A stretch of 51,039 bases of DNA, taken from NCBI GenBank assembly GCA_964530595.1, contig CAZGZL010000003.1:1-51039 (forward strand). Reading direction: 5' to 3'. The position numbers and the translations under genes were made by a program. This document shows positions 19,701-29,824 of this stretch, in pieces. Within the stretch, counting starts at the first letter, position 1. Each line of letters begins with the position of its first letter. Under the pieces are notes generated by a model, which saw only the letters and a program-made list of their open reading frames with translations, had not been told where the DNA came from and ran no database searches. The stretch comes from an uncultured Prevotellaceae bacterium (GTDB taxonomy: Bacteria; Bacteroidota; Bacteroidia; Bacteroidales; UBA3663).

Positions 19701-20831
19701 CTCATCTCCCTGATTGATGTCTTGCACGATGACGACTTTAGTGCGATCTATCACCTCTTGACGGTTCAAGATGCGCACGCTACCATCCAACAATTTGCGG
19801 AACAAGTCGATACTGATGTTCCGAAATTGCGGGAAATATGCCCACTGACGTACCGTGTAGCCGTCCGCGCTCTGGCGCGTATTAGCCTCGTAGGTATCTT
19901 GTTTCCAAATCAATTCCGGACCATCGACCACCGTCTCGCCCGTCAACATGATGTGACTGAGCACCGGAATCGCCCCGGCTGCTTCGGGAAACGTCTCGCC
20001 AAACTTTTCGTTCCAACCACATTGATCGAAACGGATGCCATAATGTCCGGAATAGCCTGATAGCCATGCACCAAGACAAGTACTTTCGATCTCGTGGAAA
20101 CAAGAGGTCATGGTGAATTTCTCGCACAAGATGAAGTGTTCAGGACAAGCACGGCACACAGCTGCAAACGCCGGCGAACGTTTCATCATGGCGATCGGGT
20201 TGAGCATAGAACCGTAATAGGCGCCACACCAACTGGAGATCAGATAGCCGCCATAACGGTGCGCCATCTTCATCAGCTCGGTAAAGAGCCCTAAGCGCTC
20301 CATAAAGGTGCACGAAAACTTATCGTCGAAGCCCCAGAACTGTTCTGCAAAGTTCCAACCGATGAAGTTAGGATAGTCACGGTAGAACTCTTCGTAAACG
20401 CTCAGATCATATTCCGAGAAATGGCTATATCCACCACTGGCACACTGCACTACCGCCCAAATGCGATTCTCGGCACAAGTGCGTAGCCACGAACGTGCGA
20501 TGCTGTAGCCATCGGGGGCAATGGTCATCTCTCCTGTGTCGTCGTCATGGCTGATAGAAAGCGAAATATTCATCACGACATAGGGACGCACATCTTCCGG
20601 TATGAGGTCTATGATCTTTTGTGGATCTGCCCAATTCCAAGTGTCGATATGCATCAACCACATAGGTTGTTGCGGCGAGATGGGACGGCGCATCGGCGCT
20701 GCCTCGATCTGCGAGAGATCACTATCCTGTCCGGCAGCCCGCGCCGAATGGGGGGACATCACAAACGCTGCCGACAGCAACAACGTGCCAAGCACGCTGC
20801 TCAGTCTATTGTTTCGTGTATTAAAACTCAT
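16749..20831 (-). CDS. Secreted multimodular GH98 glycoside hydrolase (probable endo-xylanase) with CBM35/CBM6-like module, two repeated beta-sandwich domains and T9SS-like CTD
   Basis: Signal peptide; RRPISPQQPMWLMHIDTWN.ADPQKIIDLIP.D.RPYVV and NFAEQFWGF as in Bacteroidetes GH98; RQYEAENF...FTGQGY...LRAGGNEV...MDH (CBM35-like); C-terminal EYFTPAGVRI....PG..IVRR.YADG.VE.AKLFVR. Confidence 0.85.
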   Translation of the reverse strand: MSFNTRNNRLSSVLGTLLLSAAFVMSPHSARAAGQDSDLSQIEAAPMRRPISPQQPMWLMHIDTWNWADPQKIIDLIPEDVRPYVVMNISLSISHDDDTGEMTIAPDGYSIARSWLRTCAENRIWAVVQCASGGYSHFSEYDLSVYEEFYRDYPNFIGWNFAEQFWGFDDKFSCTFMERLGLFTELMKMAHRYGGYLISSWCGAYYGSMLNPIAMMKRSPAFAAVCRACPEHFILCEKFTMTSCFHEIESTCLGAWLSGYSGHYGIRFDQCGWNEKFGETFPEAAGAIPVLSHIMLTGETVVDGPELIWKQDTYEANTRQSADGYTVRQWAYFPQFRNISIDLFRKLLDGSVRILNRQEVIDRTKVVIVQDINQGDEHKDYMTPSGLFKGLYQMDEDGEWLNNVTWMKKSGRYPAIPTVYTLADSLAKTFQVQIPSSGYSKRWPTVTAKVNEMNELFAEESTGDAYFSRVENAWVGYNPNVFEEANATGALSFKYNTCTGLKVSLAQYSLLQLREEPNCLRFYMTNYRTDDATLRTDTLRILGAVGTPTYTLNDRGDHPASSVTVVPDASAYVLAVRHLGPLDLTVQCSGDATDRLSIESVTPVQIERPALPSVYTGARQYEAENFDYKNIDACVPKGYGTSISGFTGQGYLSFGRAQGAAVRDTVKVDRAGYYRLTLRYSAPQGSVQNVGLYVNGSKVTTMNLVKDKAGTSWSTFSRKIKLRAGGNEVRFSAASAGSNPLYMDHMIIEAWDHAECYTFEGDAVSATAVQAPESPADMVSLHNGAAQVVKYTDASGAATQLLQGTAPTEGTSWADLDLFPTDATDYAVQWTSYFDDAATTGGLLLRATPGDETLRSGYLYETNIASDGTLKLSIVRMETTGVRTPLVEVPTSLKPAAGVAVSFRAMAVADTLQMAYSEDGSTWIGNVETSVCDTHYAQGATCLVWQQNFRVDDISCFQPRLSISRTYADGLNAIYNAEATPLELTVVGRNLLGNITVDAGPYYEVALTADGSFAQQLILSPEGDENNVEERTLYVRIRPDLALGAYEGALTLSTPYVAPRTVTLSGSVVPPSVSLCYDFETDAAKTSATNPPAQHVSVGTGNGATAGVVNYTAANDAASHWLKAYSGGKRNGTGALNLTQFTNMATDYSVTWRQAVASSSEEYKVGVLLRGNKDKVGTSTTGYVQGLMQGYVFIVYYNRSTGNGEFRIYNSTASTSLTLLTNGYVAGWNPSAGEVVYYRASTIGSTLTFEYAADGKTWQTAARYTDTQNKFTSGSTQLVWGLAAAVNNFYVDDITFEGVTYDTSVITALEEVPTVSATLIATEYFTPAGVRIQSLVPGSLVIVRRTYADGHVESAKLFVR

Positions 20832-20917
20832 AGCTATCAATCATTCATTAAGTATTTCATCTTATGCGCATCACGGCAAAATAGCGAAAACCGTAAGTTA
20901 GGACTATCGTCACGCCA

Positions 20918-21886
20918 TCAATCAGCCATGCCGTCGATCGTAAGGATGTGTCCCTGCTCGTCATATTGCAATTCGCAAACCTTCAGGCTACGTAGCGGCG
21001 TATAACCACCAGACGGCTTACAATCGTGGTGAAACAGGTACCAACGACCACGATATTCCACGATAGAGTGGTGTGTCGTCCACCCCTCCACCGGAGTGAG
21101 AATAACCCCCTGATAGGTAAAGGGACCGTAAGGATTATCGCCCACCGCATAGCAGAGCAGATGGGTGTCGCCTGTGGAGTAAGAGTAATAGTATTTGCCT
21201 TGATATTTGTGCATCCAACTGGCTTCGAAGAAGCGATGAGGATTATCAGCCGACAGAGGTTTTCCTTCTGCGTCTACGATGACTACCGGACGAGGGGCTT
21301 CGGCAAATTGCAACATATCGTCCGAAATGCGCACTACGCGCGATGGTAGCGCCGGTTCCGAGCCTTCGGCAAAGCGTATGTCGTTGAGCGCCTCGTTGTC
21401 GCGATACCGTTGCAACTGACCGCCCCAAAGCCCGCCGAAGTACATATACACCGCTCCGTCATCGTCTTTGAAGACAGCTGGGTCGATGCTATAGCTTCCG
21501 CGGATGGGATCGGGTTGCGGTATGAACGGACCTTCGGGGCGATCGCTGATAGCGACGCCAATGCGGAAGATGGCAGTTTTATCTTTCACCGGGAAATACA
21601 TATAATATTTTCCACCACTTTCGCATACATCGCAGTCCCAAAGCTGGCGACTTGCCCACGGAATGTCTGCCACAGTGAGCACAACACCGTGATCGGTGAC
21701 TTCACCTTGCTCTACATCGTCCAAGGAGAAAACATGATAGTCTTTCATATCGAAATGCCCACCCCAATCGTCTTCGGGGATGCCGCTACGAAAATCGTGC
21801 GAAGGATAAATATAGATGCGACCATTGAAAACGTGCGCAGCAGGATCAGCCATATAATCGCCGGGCACAAGGTATCTCTTTTTCAT
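20918..21886 (-). CDS. GH43 (subfamily 1-like) beta-xylosidase/alpha-arabinofuranosidase, cytoplasmic
   Basis: ADPAAHVFNGRIYIYPSHD, HFDMKDYH, SIDPAVF, FGGLWGGQLQ, FFEASW, WTTHHSI; no signal peptide. Confidence 0.92.
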   Translation of the reverse strand: MKKRYLVPGDYMADPAAHVFNGRIYIYPSHDFRSGIPEDDWGGHFDMKDYHVFSLDDVEQGEVTDHGVVLTVADIPWASRQLWDCDVCESGGKYYMYFPVKDKTAIFRIGVAISDRPEGPFIPQPDPIRGSYSIDPAVFKDDDGAVYMYFGGLWGGQLQRYRDNEALNDIRFAEGSEPALPSRVVRISDDMLQFAEAPRPVVIVDAEGKPLSADNPHRFFEASWMHKYQGKYYYSYSTGDTHLLCYAVGDNPYGPFTYQGVILTPVEGWTTHHSIVEYRGRWYLFHHDCKPSGGYTPLRSLKVCELQYDEQGHILTIDGMAD

Positions 21887-21933
21887 ACAATCTTATTTTA
21901 AGTGAATATTTTACGTACTAAATTTTAGGCTCA

Positions 21934-23433
21934 TTATTCAGTTGCGCGACGCTTGGCGAGTTCGGCCTGCATCTGCTGGTTGAATTGTTTCGTGATAGGA
22001 TAGAAACAGAGCGCTACAACGCCAATGCCGAAGCAGATGGCGGGAACGATGCTCGAAGCCAGTCGGATGCCCAAGATAGAGGTTGCATCCTGCGTTACAG
22101 TGGCGTCATTGACATATCCGAAGAAGGATAAGATCAATCCGGCAATGGCGCCGCCCACACCGAGCCCCGCCTTGAGCGAGAATACTACGCCTGAGAAACA
22201 CAATCCGGTAGCACGACGATGGCTGACGTATTCAATATGATCGGCGACATCAGCAATCATAGCCCATAGCAACGGGACAGTCGGCGCATACGCCAAGCTC
22301 TTGAGAATACCCAAGGTGAAAATCATGCCGATATTGTCGGCGTCGGGCAGATAGAAGAGTGCTGTGAAAAGCGCAGTCAGACTCAGACAAACGATGAAAG
22401 TGTCTCGTTTTCCGAAGCGGTTGGCTAAAAATTCCGACAACGTGATGACACCAACCAACTGAACCAATGCGCCCAACATATTGAAGAGGGAAAGTCCGAT
22501 GCTGTAGGCTTTGTCCGAAGAATAGGCGATCAAGCCGAAAGAATCCAAAATAGATGCAAACCACCCCAACGATTCGCCTTCGTTGCGAACAAGCCCCATC
22601 CGATCGATGAAAGCATACAACGCATTCTGATCAACATAGTTCTGGAAGTAGAAACACATCGCACTGCCCCACATGGCGAGGGTAATGAAGACAAATAGGG
22701 TCAACAAGAACATGGCACGCCACGGTACGTTGGCGAACAACTCTTTGAGATCTTTCTTTAGATTCATCTTCTGTCCTGCCGGAGGCATGATGCGTTCTTT
22801 GGGCACGAAACCGGCAAACAAGAGAAAAACAAATCCAATAACGGCAAACAGCGAAATCGTGCAAAGCCATCCGTGTGCGTCGTCACTGCCTGCGCCACGT
22901 CCGAACTTGTCGACCAACGGGAGCGTTAGCCCCTGTACGACAAATTGAGCAACAGTGGAGGCCACAAAACGGATGGAGGTAATGGAAGTTCGTTCCTTAA
23001 TATCGCCGGACATCACGCCGCCCAAAGAGGAGTACGGGGTGTTGTTGAACGAATACATGGTCATCAAAAGGACGTAAGAAACAGTAGCATACAGTGCTAC
23101 AAGCCCTTTATCCTCAATGCCGGGGTTCCAGAACGCCAAAATATAGAACGCCATGAATGGCAACGCCGTCCACACAACCCAAGGACGAAACTTTCCCCAA
23201 CGAGTCTGCGTCTTGTCCGAAAGAATACCCACCGTTGGATCGACAAAGGCATCTACAATACGGGCTATCAGCAAGACACTGCCGGCTATGGCGCCGGAGA
23301 GTCCGAAGACATCTGTATAAAACTTCAACTGATAAATCATCATCATCTGGAAGACCAGATTGGCGGAAGCATCCCCGAGGGAGTAGCAAACTTTCTCGCT
23401 GAAGGGAACCCGTTGTGAAATTTGTGTGCTCAT
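21934..23433 (-). CDS. GPH-family MFS sugar:cation symporter (xylo-oligosaccharide transporter-like)
   Basis: EK..YSLGD.SANL, DAFVDP..G..SD.T.TRWGKFRPW, PYSSL, WAMIAD..D..E; about 12 TM segments. Start set at MSTQ (23433). Confidence 0.92.
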   Translation of the reverse strand: MSTQISQRVPFSEKVCYSLGDASANLVFQMMMIYQLKFYTDVFGLSGAIAGSVLLIARIVDAFVDPTVGILSDKTQTRWGKFRPWVVWTALPFMAFYILAFWNPGIEDKGLVALYATVSYVLLMTMYSFNNTPYSSLGGVMSGDIKERTSITSIRFVASTVAQFVVQGLTLPLVDKFGRGAGSDDAHGWLCTISLFAVIGFVFLLFAGFVPKERIMPPAGQKMNLKKDLKELFANVPWRAMFLLTLFVFITLAMWGSAMCFYFQNYVDQNALYAFIDRMGLVRNEGESLGWFASILDSFGLIAYSSDKAYSIGLSLFNMLGALVQLVGVITLSEFLANRFGKRDTFIVCLSLTALFTALFYLPDADNIGMIFTLGILKSLAYAPTVPLLWAMIADVADHIEYVSHRRATGLCFSGVVFSLKAGLGVGGAIAGLILSFFGYVNDATVTQDATSILGIRLASSIVPAICFGIGVVALCFYPITKQFNQQMQAELAKRRATE

Positions 23434-23487
23434 GCTATTGTTTTTTAATATTATAGACAAATGGTTAGGTGTTTTATGGTTTCGGGG

Positions 23488-23495
23488 CAAAGGTA
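23488..23495 (-). promoter_or_regulatory. -7 element TACCTTTG of the MFS-GH43-GH98 operon
   Basis: TAnnTTTG on the minus strand, 55 nt upstream of the ATG. Confidence 0.65.
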
Positions 23496-23527
23496 TAAGG
23501 TTCAGAAGCTTGCAATCATCCAATTTA

Positions 23528-23556
23528 GTAACGAAATTTGTCAAATATGAAACATC
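23528..23556. promoter_or_regulatory. Candidate HTCS operator GTAAC-N15-TGAAACATC
   Basis: Half-sites 21 bp apart; the same spaced motif occurs at 29825-29853. Confidence 0.45.
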
Positions 23557-23603
23557 CCGACAAACAAGTCCTTACGCGCCGCGCGCTTTCTGCCGTGAGC
23601 CAC

Positions 23604-23611
23604 TATCTTTG
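23604..23611 (+). promoter_or_regulatory. -7 element TATCTTTG of the esterase gene
   Basis: TAnnTTTG 42 nt upstream of ATG 23654, divergent from the MFS promoter. Confidence 0.6.
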
Positions 23612-23653
23612 GGGTATTGGTAGATTATCTAATCGTATTTTCGAACAAGCACT

Positions 23654-25579
23654 ATGAAAACGACTTCTTTCCTATTCTTTTGTGCCATCCTCGCTGCCAC
23701 AGCGCCGTTGGAAGCCACAGTACGGCTACCACACCTACTTTCGGACGGTATGGTCTTGCAACGCGGTGATACGGTACGTTTGTGGGGGGATGCTGACCCA
23801 CATGAGCAAGTGACGGTGCATTTCCGTAAGAAAAGCTACACAACACAAGCCGCTGACGACGGCACATGGCAACTCTCCCTCCCACCACAAAAGGCAGGAG
23901 GTCCCTACGATTTACAAGTGGGAAACGTGACGCTCCATGACATTTACGTGGGGGACGTTTGGCTCACTTCCGGACAGTCGAATATGGATCTGCCGATCAG
24001 TCGCGTCCACGATCGTTATGGGAATGAGACCGATCGTTATAGCAATCCTAAGATTCATCTGATCCAAATCGCGACACGCAGTCTGCCGGAGGCTCCGCAG
24101 AGGGATCTCGGCGGCACGGAGCATTGGGAGGCACTTTCGCCCGATGTGAGCGGTCACTGGTCTGCCGTGAGCTATTTTTTTGCCCAAGAACTATTCGAAG
24201 CTACCGGAGTGCCGCAAGGCATCATCAACGCAAGCCAAGGTGGGTCGGCAATAGAAGGTTGGATGAGTCGCGCCGCAATCAACAGCGTCTCTCCACGCGC
24301 TTCGCAGGAATTGGAGTTTTGCTTGACAGAAGGCTACATGGAACGCTGTAAAGCACTCAATGCCGCGATCAGTCAGAAATATGAGGAGTTGAAAAACAGT
24401 CAAGACCCCGGAGTCTCTGGGCGTTGGATGAGCGAGTCATTAGATGACTCCGATTGGGAGGAAGTTGATCCCTTCGACCTCAATTTGGGAGCAACCTACG
24501 GGCGTCCTTGGCGCGGCACGTTATGGTTTCGCAAGGAGTTCACAATACCGGATTCCTTAGCAGGCGCCGAGGCTCTGCTGCGGTTGGGCTGTTTGGTAGA
24601 TGCGGATGTAGCATACATCAATGGCGAACAGGTTGGCGTGACCTATTATCAATATCCGCCACGTAAATATAAGGTACGCGCCGGGCTGCTACACGCCGGA
24701 CGCAATACACTCTGTATTCGTTTGACGACAGCAGGCGGTGCCACAAAATTTGTCCGCGAGAAGCCCTACCGCCTCGAAATCGGCGACACACAGCTACCAC
24801 TTGCCGACAGCTACCGCATGAAGCGGGGCGTCATGATGCCTGCACAGCCGGGCGTCGGAAGTTTCGACAACTTAGCTACCGGCTATTATAACGGTATGAT
24901 CGCCCCCCTACTTCCCTATCGCATTGCCGGCATCGTATGGTATCAAGGGGAGACCAATACGGGACGTCCCGATGAGTACGAACCTCTTTTGCAGACCTTG
25001 GCAAGCGATTGGCGCAGCGCTTTTGGCGCCGTACCCCTGTTGGTGGTCCAGTTAGCCAACTTTATGGAACGGCACACTGCTCCGGTGGAGAGTAACTGGG
25101 CAGCACTCCGCGATGCACAACGTAGAGCCGCCAACAGCATTCCCAACGCCGCACTTGCTACCGCGGTCGACTTAGGCGAGTGGAACGATATTCACCCGCT
25201 GAACAAGAAGGACTTGGCACATCGATTAGCGTTGCAAGCCCGTCGACTCTACTTGGGGGAGAAGAAATTGGTGGCTGAAGGTCCCGCCTATGAACATTGC
25301 GAGGCACGCGACGGAAAGATCTATCTCACCTTCCGCAACGGAACGGACGACTTCCAAACAGCAACCCGCGACGGCGACCTTGCAGGGTTCACCATCGCGG
25401 GTGCAGATAAGCGCTTTCGTCCGGCAAGAGCTCGAATCGAAGGCAAACAAGTAGTAGTTTGGAGCGACAAGGTGGCGCAACCCCTCACGGTGCGATACGG
25501 CTGGGACGACAATCCGTTACTCTCACTCTATGGCGCCAACGATCTTCCCGCTGCTACGTTCGAGGCACACGCCCAATAG
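23654..25579 (+). CDS. SASA/SGNH acetylesterase (sialate O-acetylesterase-like, CE20-like), probably a xylan de-acetylase
   Basis: Signal peptide; SDGMVLQR, GDVWLTSGQSNM, WYQGETN, VQLANF, DIHP; inserted beta-sandwich between the catalytic halves. Confidence 0.85.
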   Translation: MKTTSFLFFCAILAATAPLEATVRLPHLLSDGMVLQRGDTVRLWGDADPHEQVTVHFRKKSYTTQAADDGTWQLSLPPQKAGGPYDLQVGNVTLHDIYVGDVWLTSGQSNMDLPISRVHDRYGNETDRYSNPKIHLIQIATRSLPEAPQRDLGGTEHWEALSPDVSGHWSAVSYFFAQELFEATGVPQGIINASQGGSAIEGWMSRAAINSVSPRASQELEFCLTEGYMERCKALNAAISQKYEELKNSQDPGVSGRWMSESLDDSDWEEVDPFDLNLGATYGRPWRGTLWFRKEFTIPDSLAGAEALLRLGCLVDADVAYINGEQVGVTYYQYPPRKYKVRAGLLHAGRNTLCIRLTTAGGATKFVREKPYRLEIGDTQLPLADSYRMKRGVMMPAQPGVGSFDNLATGYYNGMIAPLLPYRIAGIVWYQGETNTGRPDEYEPLLQTLASDWRSAFGAVPLLVVQLANFMERHTAPVESNWAALRDAQRRAANSIPNAALATAVDLGEWNDIHPLNKKDLAHRLALQARRLYLGEKKLVAEGPAYEHCEARDGKIYLTFRNGTDDFQTATRDGDLAGFTIAGADKRFRPARARIEGKQVVVWSDKVAQPLTVRYGWDDNPLLSLYGANDLPAATFEAHAQ

Positions 25580-25584
25580 CGAAC

Positions 25585-28500
25585 TTACTCCAAAAGTTTT
25601 TTCAGCTTCTCATCGTTAGGATTCTTCAAATAGTTGGCGACAAAGGCCTTGGGAGTCATCCCAAAATAACTAGTGAAGTTGCTGGTGAAATACGACGGAC
25701 TACTGAAACCGACGCTATATGCAATCTCAGAAACTGTGACGTCATTGTCGATCAACAAGAACGCCGCTTGTTTCAAGCGGACAGACCGAATCAACGTACT
25801 GGGAGAAGTACCCAACAGCTCTTTGAGCTTTCTATTGAGGTGGACACGCGAAATGCCCACCTCTTTACTTAATGTCTCTACGTTGAAGTCCGAATCACTC
25901 AAATTCTTCCGGATAGTCTCCATGACGCGCTGCATCAGTTGCGTATCGGCAGAAACCATCTGTACTTGATTGTATTCAAAGCCCACATCTGTGCGGCGCA
26001 TTTTTCCTAAGATATTTCGACGCACCTTCAGACTTTGCTCTATGGCACCGCGTAGCAGGTTGATGTTAAGCGGCTTGCCCAAGAAGCGGTCTGCTTCACA
26101 TTTCATAGACTTCTCAGCCGACGTATCGGTAGTTTCCGAGGTAAGCACTATGACGGGAATGTTGTCTGTGTCGATGTTATTCTTGATGCGCGAACAAAGC
26201 TGATAGCCATCACCGTCCGGCATCTTGAGGTCGGTCACAACCACATCAGGCGCCGAAACGAGTAGTTGTCCCCACGCCTCGTTGCCTCCGGTCGCCGTCA
26301 CCACGTTGTACTCCTTCAATTCGCCACGCACGTAGTCCAAAAAGGCGGTGTCGTCATCCACAAGCATGACCGTCACCTGACGATGTTCTTCAGGCTCTGC
26401 GGTCTCATCGTCCGTCTCATGCGTTTCTTCTTGGCTTTCTGCCGTATAGATTTCTTTTTTAGAGAGGATCAGATCGTTGGGCAACATTTGCGCGGTTTGG
26501 GGAACGGCGATCTCCGTTGCCAATTCAGAAGCGGCGAGATGCGCCTTACCTAACGGCAACAGAACAGAGAACTCAACACCGGCGCCCTCGATATTACGCA
26601 CAGAGAGCTGTCCGTGATGCAATTCGGTCAATTCGTATGCCAAATTGAGCCCAATCCCCGCCCCTACATTTTCGCTGCTGTTTTTGCCTTGATAGAAGCG
26701 TTCAAAGATGTGTTCGATGTCTACATCCGAAAGAGAGGAGCCCGAGTTGAAAACACGAACGCAAACTGCCTCTTTCACGTGCGGCAGGTGCAAGGTTTTG
26801 CCATCGACACGCGACACGTTCAACGCTACCTCGCCCTTAGTGGAAGTGTATTTAAAGGCGTTGGAGAGCAAGTTAAAGAACACTTTATCCAACTGATCCG
26901 GGTCGCCCCACACCGTCAGAGCCTCCTCCCCTGCCGGCATTTCCAAATGGAAGTGTATCTGATGCGTCATCGCCGCATTGCGATAATACTCCATAATATC
27001 CAACAAGAATTGCTGTAAAGAGAGCTCGCGCATCTTCAACTTCAATCGACCGTGATCGATCTTGCGAATATCCATCTGTTGGTTGACTAACATCAAAATA
27101 CGCATAGCATTCCGATACATCAGTTCATAAACGCTCGCCGTAGCGTTGTCCACCTTTTTGTCCATCAACTTACGCAACGGAGCCAAGATCAACGTCAGCG
27201 GTGTCTTGATCTCATGACTGATAGAGATGAACAGCTGTAGTTTGGCCTCCTTGATCTGCTGTTTGTGTTCGGTACGCTCCAACAGACGACGCTGGTGAGC
27301 GCGCTGACGATAATAATGGACGAGCTGCCAAACAATGAATCCGAGCAGCGCTACATAAAGCACAAACGCCCACCATTGAACGTACCACGGTCGCAGCACT
27401 TCGACAACAAGCTGTTTGAATGAAGCATTCTCCGGCGAGCCATCGTGCGTAAAAGCTCGAACTTGGAAGAGATATGTTCCCCATGGCAGATGCGAATAGC
27501 CTACAACATGCTCATTGTCAGGAATCTCGTGCCACGTTTGATCGTAGCCTTGTAAACGATAGGCGTACTGTATTCCGGAGGGATTACTGTACTCCTGCAC
27601 GCCGAATTCGATGGCAAATGCGCGAATATCAGCTGGCAGCGTCAATCGGCGCGCGTGCCACAAGGAGGCGTCCAAAACGTTTTCGTCCGAAGCAGGATCA
27701 TAATCGTTGGCTACATTATTGATCCACAGCTTAGTAAAGTAAACATTTTTCAGTGGTTTATCGTTGCGCGAGACCGCCATCGGATTGAAATAGAGTACGC
27801 CGTTGTCTCCACCAAACATCAAGTGTCCGTCGCGCTGAGACACCACGGCGCGCTCGCTGAAGCTACCGACCAACGACAATTCATTGTCTGCATAGTGTAC
27901 AAAGCTCTTTTCCGTCGGATCGAATGCCGTAATGCCGAAGTTGGTAGACATCCAGAGTTGCCCGTCGTTTCCGGGGCTCATAGCGAGTATGGTTTCTCCA
28001 TATCGTGCATTGGCGTCGTGCAAGGCGGTCAAGGCGTGTGTGGCTCGGTCATAGCGCCATAAACCGCGTTGGCTCCCCAACCAAAGGCAAGAGCTATCCG
28101 GGACGATACTATTGATGCGCAATTTATGATTGACAGCGGTATCCATCGCCTCGATAGCTCCGTGCTGCAAGTCAAAGCGTAACAATCGCTCCTCGGTGCC
28201 TGCCCACAGAGTGTGGTCGCGATCTATCGCCAAGGTAACAATCCACGGATTGTAAGAGCCGACAATAGGGCTGAGATGATCCGCACGTGTGTCGTAGGCA
28301 TAGATGCCCGACCCGTTGGTACCTATATATAATATATGTGTTTCCGGATCAAAGCAAAGGCTCATCACGCAGGCGCGCTCCAATTCTTTCAGTCCCGCAG
28401 GGAGCGAGATGCGATGATCACGCAAAAGGTAGAGGCCGTAATTAAATGTGCCGATATAGACATCTTCATGCTCTCCGGCGGCGAGAGAAATGATCGCATT

Positions 28501-29721
28501 GGTAGGTAAGATACTATTCTCCGTATTATAGAGGCGTCGCTGATCACGACTCCACTCTACAACGCCTCCGCCATCGGTACCGACAACCCCGCAACCCAAC
28601 GAGGGGCGCGTCACGAGGCTACTGACCGAAGCCAAATTTTTAGCTCCTTCGACCGATGTTACGGGATAATAATGGAAGCGGTCGTTCGGCGCCGGGACAA
28701 CCAATACTCCCTGTTGAAAGAGCGCCAACCAGAGATTGTTTTGTCCGTCCACCAAAATATTGTGTATCTTACTGTGCTCCAATTCAATCGGACAATTAGA
28801 AAAATGAAGCGGTTGCAAGGTATTGGCGTCCGGACGGAACAAGTAGAGACCGCTATTCTCCGTACCGATCAAGAGATTGCCATCCTCGTCCGCACACAGT
28901 GAATAGATATCCAAATCGTCCAAGGGAGGGCAAGAAACGTGGCTCAACGTCATCGTATTCAAATCGCACGTCCAAAGCCCCTGTTTCATACTTCCCATAT
29001 AGAGCCGATGATGTTTTGCATCCTCCATCACGGTACGGAGCGTTGTGTGTGCCAAACGCTGTGCATCGGCGTCGCTCATTCGCGGTGTAACCCGTTGTGG
29101 CACGCTGTCTAACGTCACAACGTTTAATCCTTCGCGCAACAGTGCCCAAAGATATCGATGCTCGTCTACGCAGATATCCGTAATATTGTACTTATCCAAC
29201 AGACTGGAGAGGGTCATGCTCTTGTCACGATCCACTTCACGGCGTTCGGCATCGAAAAAATAGATGCCGTAACCGAACGTCGAAAGGATCAGCGTGTTGG
29301 GGTGCATCGGGTGAGCCACGATGCGCGAAATACTGATCGCCGTTTGCCCATCCTCGCTCAAGTCATAGTGAGTGAACTTATTTTCAGTACGGCAGAAATA
29401 ATACAATCCGTCAGTCGTACCCACCCAATGACGACTGGAGGGGTCTTCGTAAAGGCAGTTGATCGCGCTTGAATGCAGCGAATAGGGATCATCCTCATTC
29501 GCGACATAAGTCGTGAAGCTCCGTCCGTTGAATCGTGCCAACCCCATCTCTGTGGACACCCACAAGAAGTTTTCGCGGTCAAGCATCAGATTGGTAATGC
29601 GGGTATTGATTAGATCCTGCCCGGTAGAGTACAGACGCGGAGATTGCGCTTTGGAGGGGAAAATCATCCCGGACAAAAGCGAAAATCCACAAATAATACG
29701 CAACAAGAATTTGTTTTCCAT
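25585..29721 (-). CDS. Hybrid two-component sensor/regulator (beta-propeller, Y_Y_Y, HisKA, HATPase, REC, AraC)
   Basis: Repeated LW.GT..GL propeller motifs, YAYRLQGYD..W, TM helix, ISHEIKTPL, NLLSNAFKYT, GAGIGL, VTDLKMP, AraC HTH (VSEIAYSVGFSSPSYF). Confidence 0.95.
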   Translation of the reverse strand: MENKFLLRIICGFSLLSGMIFPSKAQSPRLYSTGQDLINTRITNLMLDRENFLWVSTEMGLARFNGRSFTTYVANEDDPYSLHSSAINCLYEDPSSRHWVGTTDGLYYFCRTENKFTHYDLSEDGQTAISISRIVAHPMHPNTLILSTFGYGIYFFDAERREVDRDKSMTLSSLLDKYNITDICVDEHRYLWALLREGLNVVTLDSVPQRVTPRMSDADAQRLAHTTLRTVMEDAKHHRLYMGSMKQGLWTCDLNTMTLSHVSCPPLDDLDIYSLCADEDGNLLIGTENSGLYLFRPDANTLQPLHFSNCPIELEHSKIHNILVDGQNNLWLALFQQGVLVVPAPNDRFHYYPVTSVEGAKNLASVSSLVTRPSLGCGVVGTDGGGVVEWSRDQRRLYNTENSILPTNAIISLAAGEHEDVYIGTFNYGLYLLRDHRISLPAGLKELERACVMSLCFDPETHILYIGTNGSGIYAYDTRADHLSPIVGSYNPWIVTLAIDRDHTLWAGTEERLLRFDLQHGAIEAMDTAVNHKLRINSIVPDSSCLWLGSQRGLWRYDRATHALTALHDANARYGETILAMSPGNDGQLWMSTNFGITAFDPTEKSFVHYADNELSLVGSFSERAVVSQRDGHLMFGGDNGVLYFNPMAVSRNDKPLKNVYFTKLWINNVANDYDPASDENVLDASLWHARRLTLPADIRAFAIEFGVQEYSNPSGIQYAYRLQGYDQTWHEIPDNEHVVGYSHLPWGTYLFQVRAFTHDGSPENASFKQLVVEVLRPWYVQWWAFVLYVALLGFIVWQLVHYYRQRAHQRRLLERTEHKQQIKEAKLQLFISISHEIKTPLTLILAPLRKLMDKKVDNATASVYELMYRNAMRILMLVNQQMDIRKIDHGRLKLKMRELSLQQFLLDIMEYYRNAAMTHQIHFHLEMPAGEEALTVWGDPDQLDKVFFNLLSNAFKYTSTKGEVALNVSRVDGKTLHLPHVKEAVCVRVFNSGSSLSDVDIEHIFERFYQGKNSSENVGAGIGLNLAYELTELHHGQLSVRNIEGAGVEFSVLLPLGKAHLAASELATEIAVPQTAQMLPNDLILSKKEIYTAESQEETHETDDETAEPEEHRQVTVMLVDDDTAFLDYVRGELKEYNVVTATGGNEAWGQLLVSAPDVVVTDLKMPDGDGYQLCSRIKNNIDTDNIPVIVLTSETTDTSAEKSMKCEADRFLGKPLNINLLRGAIEQSLKVRRNILGKMRRTDVGFEYNQVQMVSADTQLMQRVMETIRKNLSDSDFNVETLSKEVGISRVHLNRKLKELLGTSPSTLIRSVRLKQAAFLLIDNDVTVSEIAYSVGFSSPSYFTSNFTSYFGMTPKAFVANYLKNPNDEKLKKLLE

Positions 29722-29762
29722 AATATGTATCAGAATCAATATGATGGCTTAGATTTTCATCG

Positions 29763-29770
29763 CAAATATA
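29763..29770 (-). promoter_or_regulatory. -7 element TATATTTG of the HTCS gene
   Basis: TAnnTTTG on the minus strand, about 42 nt upstream of ATG 29721. Confidence 0.6.
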
Positions 29771-29824
29771 CATTTTCTCCGGTTACATTTTTCATTTTGT
29801 CGCAAAAATTTAACTCTTTTAGCC